A DNA stretch of 64,000 nucleotides from an uncultured Planctomycetia bacterium (GTDB taxonomy: Bacteria; Omnitrophota; Gorgyraeia; CAYVEO01), in the NCBI GenBank assembly GCA_964449965.1, contig CAYVEO010000006.1, forward strand, positions 308 through 64,307, read 5' to 3'. The translations under genes were made by a program, and so were the position numbers. How positions within the stretch are numbered: the first letter of the stretch is position 1; each line of letters opens with the position of its first letter. The notes below the pieces were generated by a model, which was not told where the DNA came from, did no database searches, and saw only the letters and a program-made list of their open reading frames with translations. Below are positions 1-9,700 of the stretch, in pieces.

Positions 1-197
1 GTACAGTCAGATGGATTGAAGGAGAAAACCAGTTTCACTGCCCCTGCCACGGCTCTTTCTTCACAAATGACGGCAAGGTAAAAGGAGGTCCTGCCCCAAG
101 ACCATTGGACTGTTTTGCAATGAGTCTAAGCCAGGATGGTGAACTGGTGGTTGATACGGCAAAGATTGTTGACAGGGAAACAAGGCTACAGGCATGA
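1..197 (+). CDS. Rieske [2Fe-2S] protein, C-terminal fragment (5' part lies outside the window)
   Basis: The frame-3 translation [38 protein letters not shown] contains Rieske box II (CPCHGS). The TGA at 195-197 overlaps the ATG of the next gene (ATGA), indicating translational coupling. Confidence 0.7.
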   Translation, partial: TVRWIEGENQFHCPCHGSFFTNDGKVKGGPAPRPLDCFAMSLSQDGELVVDTAKIVDRETRLQA

Positions 198-913
198 AAA
201 ATTTATTTGGCTTGTTAATAAATTCGCGCATCGGCAAATCCATATTCAGGCGTGACTTCTCGGATACTGAGAAAGACCGCTCTGAACGGGTTTATAATAA
301 TTTCTTCTTCCATATCTATCCCGTAAAGGTAGGGAAACACGGCGTTAAGACATGTTACACCTTTTGCTTAGGAGGAATAAGTTTTCTGTTATTTATCATC
401 CTGACTATTACTGGATTTTTACTCATGTTCTATTATCACCCGTCTGTCCCCAGGGCATACGAGGATATGAAGGATATACAATATGTAGTGTCATCAGGGA
501 TTTTCTTGAGGAATATGCACAGGTGGTCTGCGCACCTCATGGTCCTGACAGTCTTTTTACATCTATGCCGTGTATTTTTTACCGCATCTTATCGTCCGCC
601 GAGAGAATTTAACTGGATAGTTGGCGTCTTGCTGCTCGTCCTGACGTTAGGCTTGAGTTTCACGGGATATTTACTACCATGGGACCAACTCTCTTACTGG
701 GCTATTACGGTTGGGACCACAATGGCAGGCTATGCACCGATGATAGGTAATAAGATGAGGTTCTTGCTCCTCGGAGGAAATGTGGTAAACGAGAATGCAT
801 TATTAAGATTTTATGTCTTACACTGTATCTTGCTTCCTGCCTTGATTGTTGTCCTCATGGGGATCCATTTCTGGAGGGTAAGGAAGGATGGAGGGATATC
901 TAAGCCGTTGTAA
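194..913 (+). CDS. cytochrome b6-type subunit (N-terminal b-heme domain) of a Rieske/cyt b complex
   Basis: 239 aa, four hydrophobic helices with conserved His pairs ([15 protein letters not shown] ... [16 protein letters not shown]) typical of cytochrome b/b6. Directly coupled to the Rieske gene. Confidence 0.85.
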   Translation: MKNLFGLLINSRIGKSIFRRDFSDTEKDRSERVYNNFFFHIYPVKVGKHGVKTCYTFCLGGISFLLFIILTITGFLLMFYYHPSVPRAYEDMKDIQYVVSSGIFLRNMHRWSAHLMVLTVFLHLCRVFFTASYRPPREFNWIVGVLLLVLTLGLSFTGYLLPWDQLSYWAITVGTTMAGYAPMIGNKMRFLLLGGNVVNENALLRFYVLHCILLPALIVVLMGIHFWRVRKDGGISKPL

Positions 914-1629
914 TGGAAGATAAAACAAAAGAATCTAACGAAATATTTCCCAAAGACCCTGACAAGACCTATGGTCTTATGGAAGTGGTAAAGGGAACAA
1001 CGCCGCTCGTTGAAAAAGAGCCGGAAGATACAATCTTTACCTTCCCATGGCTTATCATAAAAGAGGTAATCTGCTGTTTTCTCGTAATAGCCGCTTTAGC
1101 AATTATCTCCATCTATTTTGACGCCCCTCTGGAAGAATTGGCAAATCCATCTAAGACGCCCAATCCTGCCAAGGCGCCATGGTATTTCCTGGGATTACAA
1201 GAGATGCTGCATTACTTCCCGCCTGTTGTGGCAGGTGTGTTATTGCCTACGTTAATCGTTATAGCACTTATAGTAATCCCATACTTTGAGATTAATATAA
1301 AGAGGGAAGGACTATGGAAAAAAAACAGGGAACCAACACTATTGCTCCTATTCTTGAGTGTCCTGGCAGTATCCATATTCTTATGGCGATTCCACGTCTG
1401 GCCTGTCATCATTCCCACGTGGCTTATTACAGTTCTTATGCTTATCCCTCTCTTTTTACATAAAGAGAAAGGCATAATAGGATGGTTCTCGAAAAGGAGT
1501 CTTGCTGAATGGATAATGGCATGGTTCATTCTTGTGGCGTTTACTTTGACTATTATAGGGATATTCTTCCGCGGACCTGGATGGGAATGGGTCTGGCCAT
1601 GGAAGGAAGGGCTATACTATAGTTTATGA
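913..1629 (+). CDS. cyt b C-terminal / subunit IV (PetD)-like polytopic membrane subunit
   Basis: 238 aa multi-TM protein. The APWYFLGLQEML segment resembles the PEWY region of the cyt b C-terminal half/PetD. Its start overlaps the cyt b stop (ATGA-type coupling at 910-915). Confidence 0.65.
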   Translation: MEDKTKESNEIFPKDPDKTYGLMEVVKGTTPLVEKEPEDTIFTFPWLIIKEVICCFLVIAALAIISIYFDAPLEELANPSKTPNPAKAPWYFLGLQEMLHYFPPVVAGVLLPTLIVIALIVIPYFEINIKREGLWKKNREPTLLLLFLSVLAVSIFLWRFHVWPVIIPTWLITVLMLIPLFLHKEKGIIGWFSKRSLAEWIMAWFILVAFTLTIIGIFFRGPGWEWVWPWKEGLYYSL

Positions 1630-2408
1630 ATAACGAGATTAAATTATGGACATGGTTTGGTATAACAGGGATAATCTGTCTTGTCACACTCGCAGTCTCA
1701 CCTGCCAAGGACTATTTTAAGGAGTGGAAAAGATACCAGAAGGTTTTTTATGAAAAGGTCCAAATGGGAAATAGCCATATCGCCGTAAAACAGATAGTCG
1801 TTGATGAATTAGGAAAGGTTGACAGGTGTGTAACATGCCATCTTGGCGTGGAAGACCCAAATCTCAAAACCGAAGAGAATCCTTATAAATATCATACTAA
1901 CCATGGACGGCATCCCTTTGAAAGGTTTGGGTGCACCATCTGTCATGAAGGGCAGGGCAGGGCAACTACTGTCAGGGATGCACATGGCTATAATAAACAT
2001 TGGGAAAAACCTATGCTGCCTTTATATTATATTCAAGCCTCATGCGGCAAGTGCCATTTTGAGACCGAATTAAAAGGAGCAACCCTTTTGACAGAGGGCA
2101 GAAGATTATATAAAGAAAAGTCCTGTGACCTCTGTCACAAGATTGGAGGGATTGGAGAAAGCGTTGGACCTGAGATTACTTACGAAGGTTCCAAAACGAT
2201 AGATGATTTTAACTTTGGGAATGACATGGATATTGAACGGACCCCGTGGGCATGGCACTTTGCCCATTTAAAGAACCCGCAGATTTTTGACCCAAACTCT
2301 CAGATGCCAAATCTTGAGTTATCAGATGAAGAGGCGAAGGCGCTGACTGTCTATATACTCAGTCTTACCAAAGAAAAGATTCCTTATGAATACAGGAGAG
2401 GACTATGA
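1626..2408 (+). CDS. membrane-anchored tetraheme c-type cytochrome
   Basis: N-terminal TM helix. Four CxxCH motifs (CVTCH, CTICH, CGKCH, CDLCH). Overlaps the upstream gene by 4 nt. Confidence 0.7.
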   Translation: MNNEIKLWTWFGITGIICLVTLAVSPAKDYFKEWKRYQKVFYEKVQMGNSHIAVKQIVVDELGKVDRCVTCHLGVEDPNLKTEENPYKYHTNHGRHPFERFGCTICHEGQGRATTVRDAHGYNKHWEKPMLPLYYIQASCGKCHFETELKGATLLTEGRRLYKEKSCDLCHKIGGIGESVGPEITYEGSKTIDDFNFGNDMDIERTPWAWHFAHLKNPQIFDPNSQMPNLELSDEEAKALTVYILSLTKEKIPYEYRRGL

Positions 2409-3550
2409 TGAAAAGTTTTGTATTTAGTATGGTCTTATATTTATTATTCGCTGCAAATAGTTATGTAATTGCAGCAGAAGATGTGGATTATAAAATAGAA
2501 GAATCTAACTATACATCAAGCCTTGTCTGCGGGAAGTGCCATGAGGCGATTTATAGTAAGTGGAAGAACTCTATGCATGCACAATCCATCCTTGACCCCA
2601 TTTTTAATCTGGCTTATATGCAGGCTGTCCAGGAGTCAGGTGAAGAGGCAAAAAAATTATGCCTGAGCTGTCATGCCCCGGCTGTCAGGGCAAATAATGA
2701 CTATGAATTAAATAAGGCGATTACTAACGAAGGCATCATGTGTGATTTCTGCCATACCGTTAAAGGGGTGGATTTGAATAATCAGGAGAACCCTTACATT
2801 ATAGATGTGGGTGAGGTTAAAAGGAGCACCATAAAGGATGCAGAGTCTCCTGTCCATAAAGTGGAACATTCAGAATTACATGCGAGGTCAGAATTTTGTG
2901 CCGGCTGCCACGAATTTAATAAGGATAAGGTTACCATAATAGGGACTTATAGCGAATGGAAGGAAGGACCGTATTCAAAAGAAGGCGTTCAATGTCAGGA
3001 TTGCCACATGCCGGCAATTAAGGGTTTGATAGTAAGGTCAGACATAAAGGAGGTTACGGGTGAGATTAATTTACACGATTTACAAGGGGGCCATTCAGTA
3101 GAACAACTTCGTAAGGCAATGAGGGTCAGGATAGTAGATACGGCACGGTCCGGCGACGGGGTCACGGTCAAGGTGGAGATAACAAATATTGGTTCAGGTC
3201 ATACGGTCCCTACAGGGCTGCCATCAAGGGAATTAGTTCTACAGATGATAGTCAAAGACTCAAAGGGAAGGATTATATCACGGGATGAGAAGATATACAA
3301 GAAGGTATTGGCAGATGAGAATGGAAATGAACTAAAGAAGGACCATGAGTTTTTCTTAAAAGGCAGGACCATACTTTCAGATAACAGGATTAAACCCCGC
3401 GAGACTAAGGAAACGGTATTTTATTTTTCCTATCCGAAACGTGAGGAATTGTCTGTTGAGACAAAACTTTTCTACCGCTATGAGCCAGAGGTTATTTCAA
3501 CACAGGAGATGTTCATTGAGATGGGGGGTGATAGCAGGGTAATTAGATAA
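2405..3550 (+). CDS. secreted pentaheme c-type cytochrome
   Basis: Signal peptide. Five CxxCH motifs (CGKCH, CLSCH, CDFCH, CAGCH, CQDCH). Overlaps the upstream gene by 4 nt. Confidence 0.7.
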   Translation: MMKSFVFSMVLYLLFAANSYVIAAEDVDYKIEESNYTSSLVCGKCHEAIYSKWKNSMHAQSILDPIFNLAYMQAVQESGEEAKKLCLSCHAPAVRANNDYELNKAITNEGIMCDFCHTVKGVDLNNQENPYIIDVGEVKRSTIKDAESPVHKVEHSELHARSEFCAGCHEFNKDKVTIIGTYSEWKEGPYSKEGVQCQDCHMPAIKGLIVRSDIKEVTGEINLHDLQGGHSVEQLRKAMRVRIVDTARSGDGVTVKVEITNIGSGHTVPTGLPSRELVLQMIVKDSKGRIISRDEKIYKKVLADENGNELKKDHEFFLKGRTILSDNRIKPRETKETVFYFSYPKREELSVETKLFYRYEPEVISTQEMFIEMGGDSRVIR

Positions 3551-3554
3551 AGAA

Positions 3555-3589
3555 GTTTACAGTTTACAGTTAACAGTTTACAGTATAAG
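3555..3589. promoter_or_regulatory. tandem heptamer array GTTTACA-GTTTACA-GTTAACA-GTTTACA immediately upstream of the RBS (AGAGGGGGAA) of the 3604 gene
   Basis: Read directly from the sequence. A related array containing the identical 19-mer ACAGTTAACAGTTTACAGT recurs at 33390-33408. Confidence 0.4.
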
Positions 3590-3603
3590 AAGAGGGGGAA
3601 AAT

Positions 3604-4104
3604 ATGAATAAGGTTTGGTTTGGTTTGGCTGTTGTTGGGGTAATTGGGGTATTTGTCACTCGTGGTAATGCAGAAGAGTCCCATAAGTATATAGGGGTAA
3701 AGAAGTGTAAGATGTGTCATATGCAGCAATATAAGATCTGGGAAGGGTTAAAGATGGCGAAGGCATTAGACCTGTTAAAGGCTGAGAATAATACGAGAAC
3801 CAAAAAAGATGAGACCCAGAACCCGGAATGTATCAAATGTCACGTAACAGGTTTTGGTAAAGGCGGCTATGAGATTGGTAAAGCTGACCCGGACCTTGCC
3901 AATGTCCAGTGCGAGGCATGCCATGGACCCGGCAGCGACTACGGGAAGATGGATGTTATGAAGGATAAGGAGAAATCAACCGCAACAGGACTTGTGATTC
4001 CAACTGAGGCTACCTGTAAGGAATGTCATACGCCCGAGTTTAGCCCGGACTTTGATTTTGCAAAGGCATACAAGGAGATAGACCACAAAAAGAAAACAGA
4101 ATAA
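3604..4104 (+). CDS. secreted tetraheme c-type cytochrome
   Basis: Signal peptide (LAVVGVIGVFVTRGNA). Four CxxCH motifs (CKMCH, CIKCH, CEACH, CKECH). Confidence 0.75.
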   Translation: MNKVWFGLAVVGVIGVFVTRGNAEESHKYIGVKKCKMCHMQQYKIWEGLKMAKALDLLKAENNTRTKKDETQNPECIKCHVTGFGKGGYEIGKADPDLANVQCEACHGPGSDYGKMDVMKDKEKSTATGLVIPTEATCKECHTPEFSPDFDFAKAYKEIDHKKKTE

Positions 4105-4140
4105 GTAATAAGGTGTACAGGAATTTCAAAATTGAGATTC

Positions 4141-4196
4141 TTCGGCTACGCCTCAGAATGACAATACAATAATGTCACTTTGAGCGTAGCGAAGAG
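4141..4196. repeat. imperfect inverted repeat (REP-like hairpin) CTTCGGCTACGCCTCAGAATGACA ... TGTCACTTTGAGCGTAGCGAAG
   Basis: About 20 of 24 positions pair. Lies between the tetraheme gene and ccsB; may act as a terminator or attenuator. Confidence 0.35.
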
Positions 4197-5298
4197 TCTA
4201 ATTAAAGGAATCAATTATTTGAAAAAATCCTCAAACTGGCTTACCAATAATCCCATCTGGAAGTTTTTCTCTTCTATAAATGCAGGGATAACGCTGCTTT
4301 CTATTATTGCAATCGCCTCCTGCATAGGAACTATTATCCCGCAGGATTTAACTAAGGATGAATATTTATCTAAATATAGCCGTGAAGCATACGATATTCT
4401 AAATGCGTTTAAACTTACAACATTGTTCCATTCATGGTGGTTCATCACATTATTAGTCCTCTTGATACTGAACCTCGCGGTAGCAACCATCAATAGGTTT
4501 TCCTTTAAACTGAAATCAATCGGTTTTTTAATCACGCATTCCAGTATAATAATTATCATAATTGGTGCTATCATAGGAAATGTTAATGGAGAGAGAGGCT
4601 TCTTATGGCTCAAAGAAGGGGAAACCAAATCCACGTTCTCTATAGGGGATGTTTCCAGGAAATTGAATTTTAACCTTCGCCTGAAAGACTTTATATTAGA
4701 GCACTATAACTCTGATTCCCAGAAAATTACAGTGAGCGTAGTCAAGGAAGGGAAGAGTTTTGAATACGTATATCCGGTAGAGATAGGAAAGGAATACAAC
4801 GTTCAGGGTACGGATTATAAAATCAAGATGCTTCGTTACGTACCGGATTTCGTAATAGATATTGAGACTAAGGAGGCCGTAACCAGAACAGATGAGCCTA
4901 ATAATCCCGCCTTACAGGTTGAAATTATTTCACCTGAAGGTAACGTCTCTAACAGATGGCTTTTTGCCAGATACCCTGGTATGCATGGTGATAAGGAAAA
5001 GGATATAGAAATTGTATATCACTGGGCACAAGAGAGAATAAAGGATTTCAAGAGTGAACTGGAAGTATTAGAAGGAGATAGGCTCGTCCAATCTAAAATG
5101 ATAGAGGTAAACCATCCCTTAGAGTATAAGGGCTATGTCTTCTATCAGGCAAGTTACAATCCTCAGGATTTGACTGTTACAGGACTTCAGGTAACAAAAG
5201 ACCCCGGCGTGCCTGTGGTTTATACGGGGTTTATTATGTTAGTGGGGGGATTAGTAGTTGTGTTCTATATAAATCCATTGCTGAGAATAAAAAAATGA
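4180..5298 (+). CDS. ccsB: cytochrome c biogenesis protein ResB/Ccs1 (system II), short form
   Basis: N-terminal IWKFFSS...LLSIIAIASCIGTIIPQ helix typical of ResB. Large periplasmic domain and a C-terminal TM. Immediately upstream of ccsA. Confidence 0.65.
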   Translation: MSVAKSLIKGINYLKKSSNWLTNNPIWKFFSSINAGITLLSIIAIASCIGTIIPQDLTKDEYLSKYSREAYDILNAFKLTTLFHSWWFITLLVLLILNLAVATINRFSFKLKSIGFLITHSSIIIIIIGAIIGNVNGERGFLWLKEGETKSTFSIGDVSRKLNFNLRLKDFILEHYNSDSQKITVSVVKEGKSFEYVYPVEIGKEYNVQGTDYKIKMLRYVPDFVIDIETKEAVTRTDEPNNPALQVEIISPEGNVSNRWLFARYPGMHGDKEKDIEIVYHWAQERIKDFKSELEVLEGDRLVQSKMIEVNHPLEYKGYVFYQASYNPQDLTVTGLQVTKDPGVPVVYTGFIMLVGGLVVVFYINPLLRIKK

Positions 5299-5320
5299 TA
5301 AAAAGGAGCGTGGCAATCTC

Positions 5321-6301
5321 ATGTTCATCAACCTAACGTTTGCAGGTTATTTTTTAGCACTCATAGTTTACAGTATAAGTTTATTCGTAAAGAAAAAGTT
5401 AGTATCTAACGGTGCAGTGGCATTATACATCCTTGGTTTTATTTTCAACACTATCGTTATTATAAGAAGATGGCAGGAAGGGGGACGTCCACCTTTTTCC
5501 AATATGTATGAGTCACTTCTTCTGCTCGCATGGGCAATAACATTGGTTTATCTGGTGTTTGATTTTATTTATAACCTGAAGGCGTTAGGAACATTTGCTG
5601 CATTATCTTCTTTGGTATTTCTTGGCTATACATCTCTATTAGATAGTTCTATAGAGCCGTTAGTGCCGGCCCTTCAGTCAAATTGGCTTACTATACACGT
5701 TGTAGCCCTCTTTATATCTTATGCAGCCTTTGCCGTATCGTACGTGGCAGCAGTTGTATATCTTATCAAGAGAAAAGGCATAGAGGCAGGACTGGCTATA
5801 TACTCAATGTGCCTGATGGCAGTTGGGCCAATCTTGATATTTGAACTTGCCAGAAGCGGACACTTAGGACAATGGACTCAAAACGTAGGATGGATTATAC
5901 TGTTGGGATTGATTGATGCGGCAATATCATTGATATTGTGGGCACCTCTTTATTTTATAATAAGGTTCCTGAAAATAGAAGACCATATACCAGAAGAGGG
6001 TCTATTGGACAATGCCGTATATAAATCTGTCGCCTTTGGTTTTCCATTCCTTGCCTTTGGAATTATTGCGGGTGCAGTATGGGCAAATAAGGCATGGGGA
6101 AGATACTGGGGATGGGACCCAAAGGAGACATGGTCGTTTATCACGCTCCTCGTCTATGCCATATACCTGCACCTCAGGTATGTAAGGGGATGGAAGGGAA
6201 GGAAGGCAAATTGGTTCAGCATCATAGGATTCCTGGTGGTGATAATTACGTTCATAGGGGTGAATTATATTATTTCAGGGTTACACAGTTATGCGGAATG
6301 A
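5321..6301 (+). CDS. ccsA: cytochrome c-type biogenesis protein CcsA (heme handling/lyase subunit)
   Basis: 326 aa polytopic protein. The WANKAWGRYWGWDPKETWSFITLLVYAIYLHLR segment is the Trp-rich WWD-type signature of CcsA/ResC. Confidence 0.85.
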   Translation: MFINLTFAGYFLALIVYSISLFVKKKLVSNGAVALYILGFIFNTIVIIRRWQEGGRPPFSNMYESLLLLAWAITLVYLVFDFIYNLKALGTFAALSSLVFLGYTSLLDSSIEPLVPALQSNWLTIHVVALFISYAAFAVSYVAAVVYLIKRKGIEAGLAIYSMCLMAVGPILIFELARSGHLGQWTQNVGWIILLGLIDAAISLILWAPLYFIIRFLKIEDHIPEEGLLDNAVYKSVAFGFPFLAFGIIAGAVWANKAWGRYWGWDPKETWSFITLLVYAIYLHLRYVRGWKGRKANWFSIIGFLVVIITFIGVNYIISGLHSYAE

Positions 6302-6326
6302 TAAAGTAAGCATATTTGCACAAAAG

Positions 6327-6752
6327 ATGCCTCTTCAAGACAAATATGCCTACTTTTTACATATAAATGTGATGTTCGTTGTCCTTTCTCTTTTAAATTT
6401 AACTGTCGCGGGCTGCGAAAAGGGTCCAGGGTCTATAAAACTTATCATCCGTCACATAGAAAACAAGGATTTTGCAGAGGAGCATGTTGTGAAATTCGGG
6501 GAAGATTTTTTTATCTCAGATACAGACTATTCTGCTAAGGTGATTAAATTCATTCCGGACTTCGTGATGAATGAAAAAACAAAAAAGGTGTCTTCTCGTT
6601 CTAAGAAACCGAATAACCCTGCGGTCATGGTGAGGGTGTATTATAAGGGCAAGTTTTTGTATGACTCATGGGTATTGCAAAAGGCTGATACTATCCACTA
6701 TGTCCGAAAACCAGGTTTCTATTTTGAGTTTATTGGATTGGAGACTAAATGA
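6327..6752 (+). CDS. lipoprotein carrying a ResB-like periplasmic segment (ORF-track start 6291; start 6327 MPLQDKYAYF preferred)
   Basis: Lipobox LTVAGC. The segment KFIPDFVMNEKTKKVSSRSKKPNNPAVMVRVY parallels RYVPDFVIDIETKEAVTRTDEPNNPALQVEII of the ResB at 4180. Confidence 0.45.
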   Translation: MPLQDKYAYFLHINVMFVVLSLLNLTVAGCEKGPGSIKLIIRHIENKDFAEEHVVKFGEDFFISDTDYSAKVIKFIPDFVMNEKTKKVSSRSKKPNNPAVMVRVYYKGKFLYDSWVLQKADTIHYVRKPGFYFEFIGLETK

Positions 6753-9700
6753 GTTGCAGAAAGACGTTACTAATAACGATTGCTTTTTCTCTTATTTTTG
6801 CAATATCTTCTGACGATGGATTTGCTGCCAGGCGTGCAAAAAAGAAAGAATGTCTGGAATGTCATGCCGAGAAAAAACCGCAGCTTAAGGAAAAGTTTGT
6901 TCACAAACCTTTCTCAAAGAAGGAATGCCTTAAGTGTCATGAAACCCATGGGTTTACCAATGCCCTTAAATTAAAGAAATGGGATGCAGAACTTTGTTTT
7001 GACTGCCATTCTGACAAAAAAGGAGAGTTTACCAAATCTCACGTCCACCCGGCAATTACCAAAGGCAGGTGCTGGGACTGCCATGACCCGCATGCCTCTT
7101 CCAATCCTAAATTGCTTGTCAAGACAGACAGTGACCTGTGCTACGCTTGCCATAGTAAAGAAAAGACGGAATTTGCAAAGGAGAATATTCACCCTCTGGT
7201 GAAGGACGGCAAATGTTTGACCTGCCATATGCCTCATTCTTCAGAGAATGAATCACAATTGAGGAATACCGGCAATGGAAATTGCACCTCATGTCATGAG
7301 ACAGCAAAGGAAGAATTTGTCTCAGCCCACGCAGGGTATGATGCGGGAAAAATCAACTGCACAGACTGCCACAACCCGCATTCATCCAGTCATAAGAAAC
7401 TTTTTAAGGAAAGTGTGCATGTGCCTGTATCAGAGAAGAAGTGTGATACCTGCCATGATGCTGTTAGTTCCGAAGAGCCTCTTCGCTTAAAGATTCCCGG
7501 AAACCGGTTATGCACTATATGCCATTTAGACAAAGAGAAGGATTTAGGGAAAAAGCACGTTCATGCGCCTTTTTCATCAGGTCCGTGTTTAGACTGCCAT
7601 ACGCCGCATGCCTCTGGTAATAAAGATTTGCTTATTAAAAAAGAAAAAGACGTATGTCTATCCTGCCACGATACAGAAAAATCCCAGATGAAGTTGGCAC
7701 ATACCCATACGCCTTTCAGGGACGGGGAGTGCAGTTCCTGTCATAATCCGCATGCAAGTAATGAAGAAAAACTTCTTTCCGATTCTGCGGATAAATTATG
7801 TTTCTCATGCCATAAGGCAGAAGAAGAAAGGTTAAAAAGTTCTCATACCCATAAGCCTTTCAAAGAAGGGGAGTGTCTTTCATGTCATAACCCTCATGCC
7901 TCAGAGAATAATTATCAGTTGATAAAGGTTGGAAAGGAACTATGTCTAAAGTGCCATACGGTAACAGAAGAGAAAAAGAAAAAATATACACATGACCCGT
8001 TTCAGATAGGCGATTGCAGCAGCTGCCATGACAGTCATGCGAGTGACTTTGATGGTCAGTTAAAGAAGGCAGATGGTGAAGTATGTTACACATGCCATAA
8101 AAATGAAATGGAGGAGCTATCAAAGAAACACCCTCATACACCTGCAAAAGAAGGTAAATGTCTGGGCTGCCATAAGCCGCATTCATCAGACGAAAGAAAT
8201 CTTCTAACTACTTCTCCTGATAACCTATGCTATACCTGTCACAGTGCCTTAGTCCAAAAATTTACCAAGAAGCACATCCATAAGCCGGTTCAGGAAAAAG
8301 ATTGCCTGAAATGCCATAACCCGCATTCAGGGGATAATAAGTTCCAGGTAAAGAAGGAGGGTGCTGACCTTTGCTTTTCATGCCATGCAGGAATAGAATC
8401 ACAATTCAAGAAAGAATCTGTCCATTTTCCTGTCAAACAGGGAAGGTGCAGTACCTGTCATAACTCTCATGCTTCAGAAGAGGCGCTCTTGCTGAATAAT
8501 CCTTTATCCAAATTATGCTCTACATGTCACGTCCAGGATAAAAAGTTTCAGGATGCACATTTAAACTTTGCGGTAGAAGCAGCAGATTGTTTAGGATGCC
8601 ATAATCCCCATGCCTCAGATGCTAAGAAGGGCCTTCCAAATGAGTATATCCATCCGCCTTATGAAAAGAAAGACTGTAAGACCTGCCATGAGGAAGAAAA
8701 TGGATTGGCTAAGACGGCGTTAAAAAAGGATATTGCCCGGGTATGCTTAAGTTGTCATACCAGCGAGAAAGAGATATTTACGAAAGACGTTGTCCACACG
8801 CCATTCAAGGAAGGCAAGTGCCCCACATGTCATAATCCACATACTTCCAAAAACAAATCCCTGATGAAGGATACAGGGAGCCAATTGTGTTTTAACTGCC
8901 ATAAAGATAAACTCAAGGAGTTTTCAAAGGGATATGCACATACGCCTGTCCAAGAGGGTAAATGCACAGGCTGTCACCAGGCTCATGGCTCTGGTGATAA
9001 AGCCTTGTTGACAAATACAGGGGCTAAATTATGTTATACCTGCCATAAAGACTTTGAAAACCGCCTTAATAAACCTGTAGTTCATAATCCCGTGAAGAAA
9101 GGTGAATGCCTTACGTGCCACAGCCCTCACGTCTCAGATAATCCTGGCGGTATCAGGAAACCTGAAACAGAATTATGCCTGTCCTGCCATGATAGTTCGT
9201 CAGGTCCATTCAAATCTGCACATGCTACCTATCCGGTTGAAAAAGCCAAGTGCGTCACATGTCATGACCCCCATTCCTCTGACTCTAAAGGACTATTTCG
9301 TTCCCATCTCCATGCGCCTGTGGGCGAGAAGAAATGTAATTTATGCCATGCACCGGCTCAAGGAGTAAAGCCGTTCAGTCTGGTAAAGCCTGAGGATGAA
9401 CTTTGCTATAGTTGCCATGGTGATAAGGTCCAGGCATTTAAAAAGGGACACGTCCATGCACCGGTAGCGTCCGGAGGATGCACGACATGCCATGCCCCGC
9501 ATGCCTCAGATTATAAATTCCTGCTGGAAGATACCGGTGGTATGCAGTGTTTTAAATGCCATACAGAGGCAAAGAAAAAATTTGACGCCAAATACGTCCA
9601 TACCCCTGTAGCAAAGGGTGAATGCACATCCTGCCATAACCCGCACAGCACTGATTTTCCAAATCTTACAATGAAAGAGAGTATAGAACTATGTAACTCA

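Noticed and set aside
5356-5370. Exact 15-mer AGTTTACAGTATAAG shared with the heptamer array at 3576-3590 but inside the ccsA coding sequence
   Set aside because: It encodes part of a conserved TM helix (ALIVYSISLF). It is most likely a coincidence in AT-rich sequence, with no evidence of function. It is mentioned only because a 15-mer match is statistically unusual.
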